Source of the DNA: Nitrosopumilaceae archaeon
GTDB taxonomy: Archaea > Thermoproteota > Nitrososphaeria > Nitrososphaerales > Nitrosopumilaceae
NCBI GenBank assembly: GCA_965207375.1
Contig: CBDBMG010000003.1
Coordinates: 868,340-932,339 of the forward strand
DNA: 64,000 nucleotides
Direction of reading: 5' to 3'
Within the stretch, counting starts at the first letter, position 1. Each line of letters starts with the position of its first letter. Below the pieces are notes generated by a model. That model worked only from the letters and a program-made list of their open reading frames with translations, was not told where the DNA came from and did not search any database. This document shows, piece by piece, positions 59,497 to 64,000 of this stretch. Both the position numbers and the translations under genes were made by a program.

Positions 59497-62400
59497 AAGT
59501 ATGTAATATATGTACATGATGATTAAAAATCATAAAATTTAATATGAACAGTAGCTTTGAGTGCAAATTTTTTTGGACAAGGTATGAAAACTTAGTTTGC
59601 ATTGAAGTGTTTATGGAAGCTGTTAATTGCACATGGATGTTCAACTTCATTCACGGAACATAACATTGGGGTTGTTGGCCGTCATGCTTTATATCAATAG
59701 CAATAATTGAAGTGGACCAGTGCTTTCATAATCCAATACGCATGCCTCTCATGAGTTGTCTATTCCTGTTGTGGACACTTATCAAGTAACTTGCTATTAA
59801 ATGGCTATTATAACTGCATTAGTATCACTAGAGGCTTTTTGTTAGTTTGTAAGTTTATAGTCTTATCACTAACCAAAGCAGTAACTGGCAACTGGCAATC
59901 TCTTGCTCCACAACCTATCATAGACAATGGAAAGGGGGTACTAGGAGGCATGTGCCCCCTATTTTACTGTCACTCTATAGAAATGGCCATACTGTCCTGA
60001 TCATTTAAATAGCCCCTGGGTTCCCCCGCCCTTGCAACCTATCTTTGCTGTTCAGTCTGGTTTATAACCTACTGATTGTAACAAAGCCAGCTAGTGATTA
60101 CAAGATGCTTTCCCAAAACCAGCTTAGTAACTAGTTACCACTTAATTACTATATTATAAAAGTATTAGTTACCTGTACTTTTCTGATGAAGTTATAGCCA
60201 TATGGTATTCACAGATATTTTCATCTAGTTACATGTACATTAGAAGTCACCTTGTAATTAGCAGGAGTTCATAATATATGTGTGGTAATATTTCAAAAAA
60301 TACCATTTTAAAATATTCTGCCAATTCAAACACCCTACCGCCAGTAGCTGGCCGTCTTGTATTGGCAACAATAAACATAGTAATCTACTAACTTACATAT
60401 AGCTAACCTTGTTAATGGCTGGTGGTCAATTTTCAGTGCTTTTCAGACGATTTTTCAGGTGGGCATTAATATAAGGCCAACAAAGCATGTGGGTGGGTGG
60501 TGGGGAGGGAGGAGGCTAAACCTCCATAGAGACACTTTGGAGTAGCTATGGCCACCTGGGATAGCCACAAGGCACCTACGTACCATGTCGAGAAGAAGTC
60601 CACGGAGCAATGGCAGCAGTTTCAGCTCATGGCTCCCGAACTGGTGCCCTCCAGAGGCACCATTCTCTTAACCATGACATCACAGGGTCGGCAAAGTGCC
60701 CTCCAGAAAAGCAGACCAGTTAACATTGGACAGTAGAGACACTGTGTATAGATAGGTCTTTAGTGTAGCTATTGTCTTGTGCAATAAAATTGAATTTACT
60801 TTTTGTGCGAAGGTGGAGGCTTTCAGTTCCCAAAGCCAGTCACATATATATTTTTATAATATTATAAACTCTTGGTTATAAGTCTTAGATTGACCGTGGT
60901 TCAAAATTCTAACTGCTAATAAAATCCAAAGGGAGTTTCCTGAAACTCCCCTCGGCACATCCCTGTGAAAGGTAGTACCGTACTTAATTTAGAAAAGCTC
61001 TGTATATATATGGTATAGCCAATTTAAAGTGTTGCTATGGAGATGACCTGCCATACATAATTAAGATAGGAATCCAGAAATTAATTAAGATGATGTAATA
61101 CCTAATTAGCACTTCGCTGGGCCACAATCTGCATTGCAAGTGCCTGAGCAAATATGGATTATTGCTTACACTTTGATTAATGGACTCTACAATACCTGTA
61201 TGACTTAACATTACTGAGGGACCAAGGCCAACTGAAAATCACTGGTCAAATGTGATAATTATTGTGAACAACAAGTTATAATTTGGGTAATATTGGGTGC
61301 TTATGTATATATGTATAACATCTTATATAACTTTGAATTTAAAGGTAAGTATATAGGGATCGACATAGAAAGTAAGGACACAAGTATAGTACATCTACAA
61401 GGTTTAATTCCTACTTTGGCAAACAACATGCATAAGCAATTGTAATTAATACATTGATGATGCCAAAGTAAGGATATCTTGTTAGCCGGACCAATTGACG
61501 CGATAGCTGTCTGATAATACGAGCCCAGCTTGGAGCAGGCGCTTATAATGAAACATCGATAAGCAGCTGGTGTGTAAAACTGTAAATAGGTTTGATAGAT
61601 TATGTTAATGTTGTGCCAATAGAGTTGTAGCTGGTTTTGTGTGTTCTGATTTTAAAGTTTCAATGCACATATTTTTGTGAAATCATACATTTTCATAGTG
61701 ATCCCTACTATTATTAGACAATGGCAAGTCAAGAATGCTTTGATGTTTGAGAGATATTCAGGTGTTTTATTTGTGAATTATTTGTGAAGTCTACAGGTGT
61801 CTTACTGGTAAGACACCCAAGTCACTGTCTAAGTAACTAATAAGACATGCATTGCCAGCGTATCAGTAAATCTTCAGGAATGACACAATAATCACCTCAG
61901 CTTAAGCTTGCCTTGGTGATTAATATTGTGTCATTTCTTCAGGTCGTTTATCCACTGAAGAGTCCTAGCAAACTACTATGGTACTTAATGATTGTCACTC
62001 CAGGGGGCCAGGCACCCTCTAAATATTTGGGGCACTGTGTTGTGGAAGATTCATCAATATGATTACAAGCATTAACCATGTAGCTAATACAAAGCCTAAA
62101 TTAGATGTTTGTTTTTCAGATGAACTTATAATCAGTCACCATAAACCGAATCCTCCATGATTTTTAAATGCACATAACATTTTATCATGGAAATCCTGCG
62201 GAGAATCATGATATTTTGTGGGTATCGTCATTTCCAGGGCAAACGTGGATGCAGTAGGGAACTCCAATGAATTACAAAATCTTATGGTTGGATCTGTGTC
62301 GAATCCAAGTGGTGGCGGATATTCTGCACCAGTGAAGAAACTCAAAACTTGACTTAGCATCAAGTCACAATTCTCATTGTCTGCAACATAGTAACAATGA

Positions 62401-62521
62401 AATTAAATAAGTCTAATTAGTTAATTATTAGTCTTAACATTTTACTAATGCATAAATTAAATATGCTGTTGTTACATTGCACTTCTAAGACCACTTGATA
62501 TTAGATGTGCTTTAACATGAG

Positions 62522-62687
62522 CAGGGATTTTTCTAGTAAATAGCTAAGTTCAGGAGGGGCAAATTCAAGTATATATGCTGACTGTCGAGTCAAGCTGTTG
62601 ACTAAGTGCAAATATGTAAGTGAGGATAACTCAGGTGGGCAAAGCCATTTTTCTAGGGGGCAAAATGCCCCCTAGAAAAATCCCTAA
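62522..62687. mobile_element. Short MITE in the HECT intron
   Basis: cagggatttttctag / ctagaaaaatcccta. Confidence 0.6.
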
Positions 62688-63028
62688 TAAGCTACTGGGT
62701 GTAACTAGTTATAGCTATTCTAAGCTCTTTTCTTTGACTCAAGTTTTTCATTTTCAACTGCCCCCTCTTTCACAAAACAGACCCACACAGCTATGGGTGT
62801 TTAATATAGATTTCTTTATATTAAGCAATATTTAAGGTAGTAGAATATGCTGTGTTGGATAATGAAAATAGATCAGTAGAATAATGCAAACATGAGTAAA
62901 AATAAGTCTACAAAAGTTGTAAAAATTAATAGGTGGTAAATATTATTTATTTTTTCGCCATGTAGCTAATAGGTTTTCTATTTTTATCTGTAGCTAAGTC
63001 ATTTTAAAATGAAAGAAAGTACTAAAGG

Positions 63029-63503
63029 CAGGGGCGGCTCTGGCATACTGGCTGGTACGGTTTGGGCTGGTCCACTTTTTGCATTTTCTTATAGTTAAGT
63101 ATATATTTACCAACTAATAATCTGCACTATACAAAAGCTATCAACTAATTATATAATTGCCTTTCAAAAGCAGTTCTTTAATATATATACATTGATTACC
63201 AATATCTTTTTATTGCACACCCGTATCATGTGATTATGTTAAAAGATGGAATCATTCGCGATTGCGTGCCCTTCAGCTGCTACTTCATTAGAAGTCTATG
63301 CCTCAGTTACCAACGGAGGCAAGATATATGTTAATTTATATATTAGGTAGCTATATGCTGTTTTTATTAGTATTTAGATATCATGAGTTATATGATTAGC
63401 CCTAAAACCACAATGTATTCTAATATTTTTGTGCATTCCTTTTTAGAGTGGATTGGGAGCTTCAGTTGGCTTGACCAGTCCCTAGTTGCCAGAACCACCT
63501 CTG
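63029..63503. mobile_element. MITE in the HECT intron
   Basis: caggggcggctctggca / tgccagaaccacctctg. Confidence 0.55.
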
Positions 63504-64000
63504 AAAGGGATGTACTCAGATGTGGCTAAAACCTAATACACTCAGTTCAGTCAATTTTAGCTGATAGTGACTACTAAAAGTTCTAAAGTGAGGAAGGTAT
63601 GCAGTAGTACAACAAAATTAATGAAATCACCATTATTGTTACTGGAAATGTGTGTCTGAAATACTTTCTGCATTATAATTATAATGAAATTACCTTCATA
63701 CTCATGCAATAAATCCAAAAAGAGCATGAATGTTGTTTCTTCCTTTACTCTTTCGCTCATACCTCTCTCTGAATAAATCGTCTTTAACATTCTTGTTATC
63801 ATGTCTGTACAAACATGAACATTGTTAATTTGCTATGGCTAAACTAAACAACTGGTTATTCATCAAATAGTTACAGAGGTGATTATAACAGTCGGCCATT
63901 AGCTAAGATCTGCACAAAACTAGAAATGGCCAATCAGTTCAGGGAACATTCGGCCATCTAACAGATCAAAGAAATTCATTTTAAGGAGAAATCTGTAACC

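Larger units (their letters stand above)
62136..63804 (-). pseudogene. Last two exons of a HECT-type (G2E3-like) E3 ligase with catalytic Cys replaced by Phe; continues beyond the window
   Basis: Exons 63804-63694 and 62380-62136, phase 1; LSFFTGAEYPPPLGF...FPTASTF...HGGFG. Confidence 0.75.

Overview
AT-rich eukaryotic genomic DNA with short GT-AG introns, dominated by nested transposable elements. An invertebrate origin, possibly a demosponge, is inferred from the repeat and death-fold content and is not proven. The main feature is a 13.6-kb DNA element (8155-21725) with ~100-bp near-perfect terminal inverted repeats, ~1.4-kb inverted arrays of a 9-bp unit and an 8-bp target-site duplication (TSD). 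It sits inside the transposase gene of a complete hAT element (7025-22825). It carries two tandem minus-strand genes: a Zisupton/KDZ-like DDE transposase fused to OTU and CXC domains, and a multi-exon P-loop (AAA+/SF3-like) ATPase. Both genes are decayed in this copy. The window also contains a P-element-like transposase with a convergent companion gene, a decayed Ulp1/zinc-finger gene, several LINE remnants, many MITEs, fold-back palindromes, an rve-type integrase convergent with a HECT ligase, and one apparently intact three-exon host gene encoding a CARD-like plus death-domain protein. No rRNA, tRNA or CRISPR array was recognised. All domain calls come from motif recognition by eye, not database searches.
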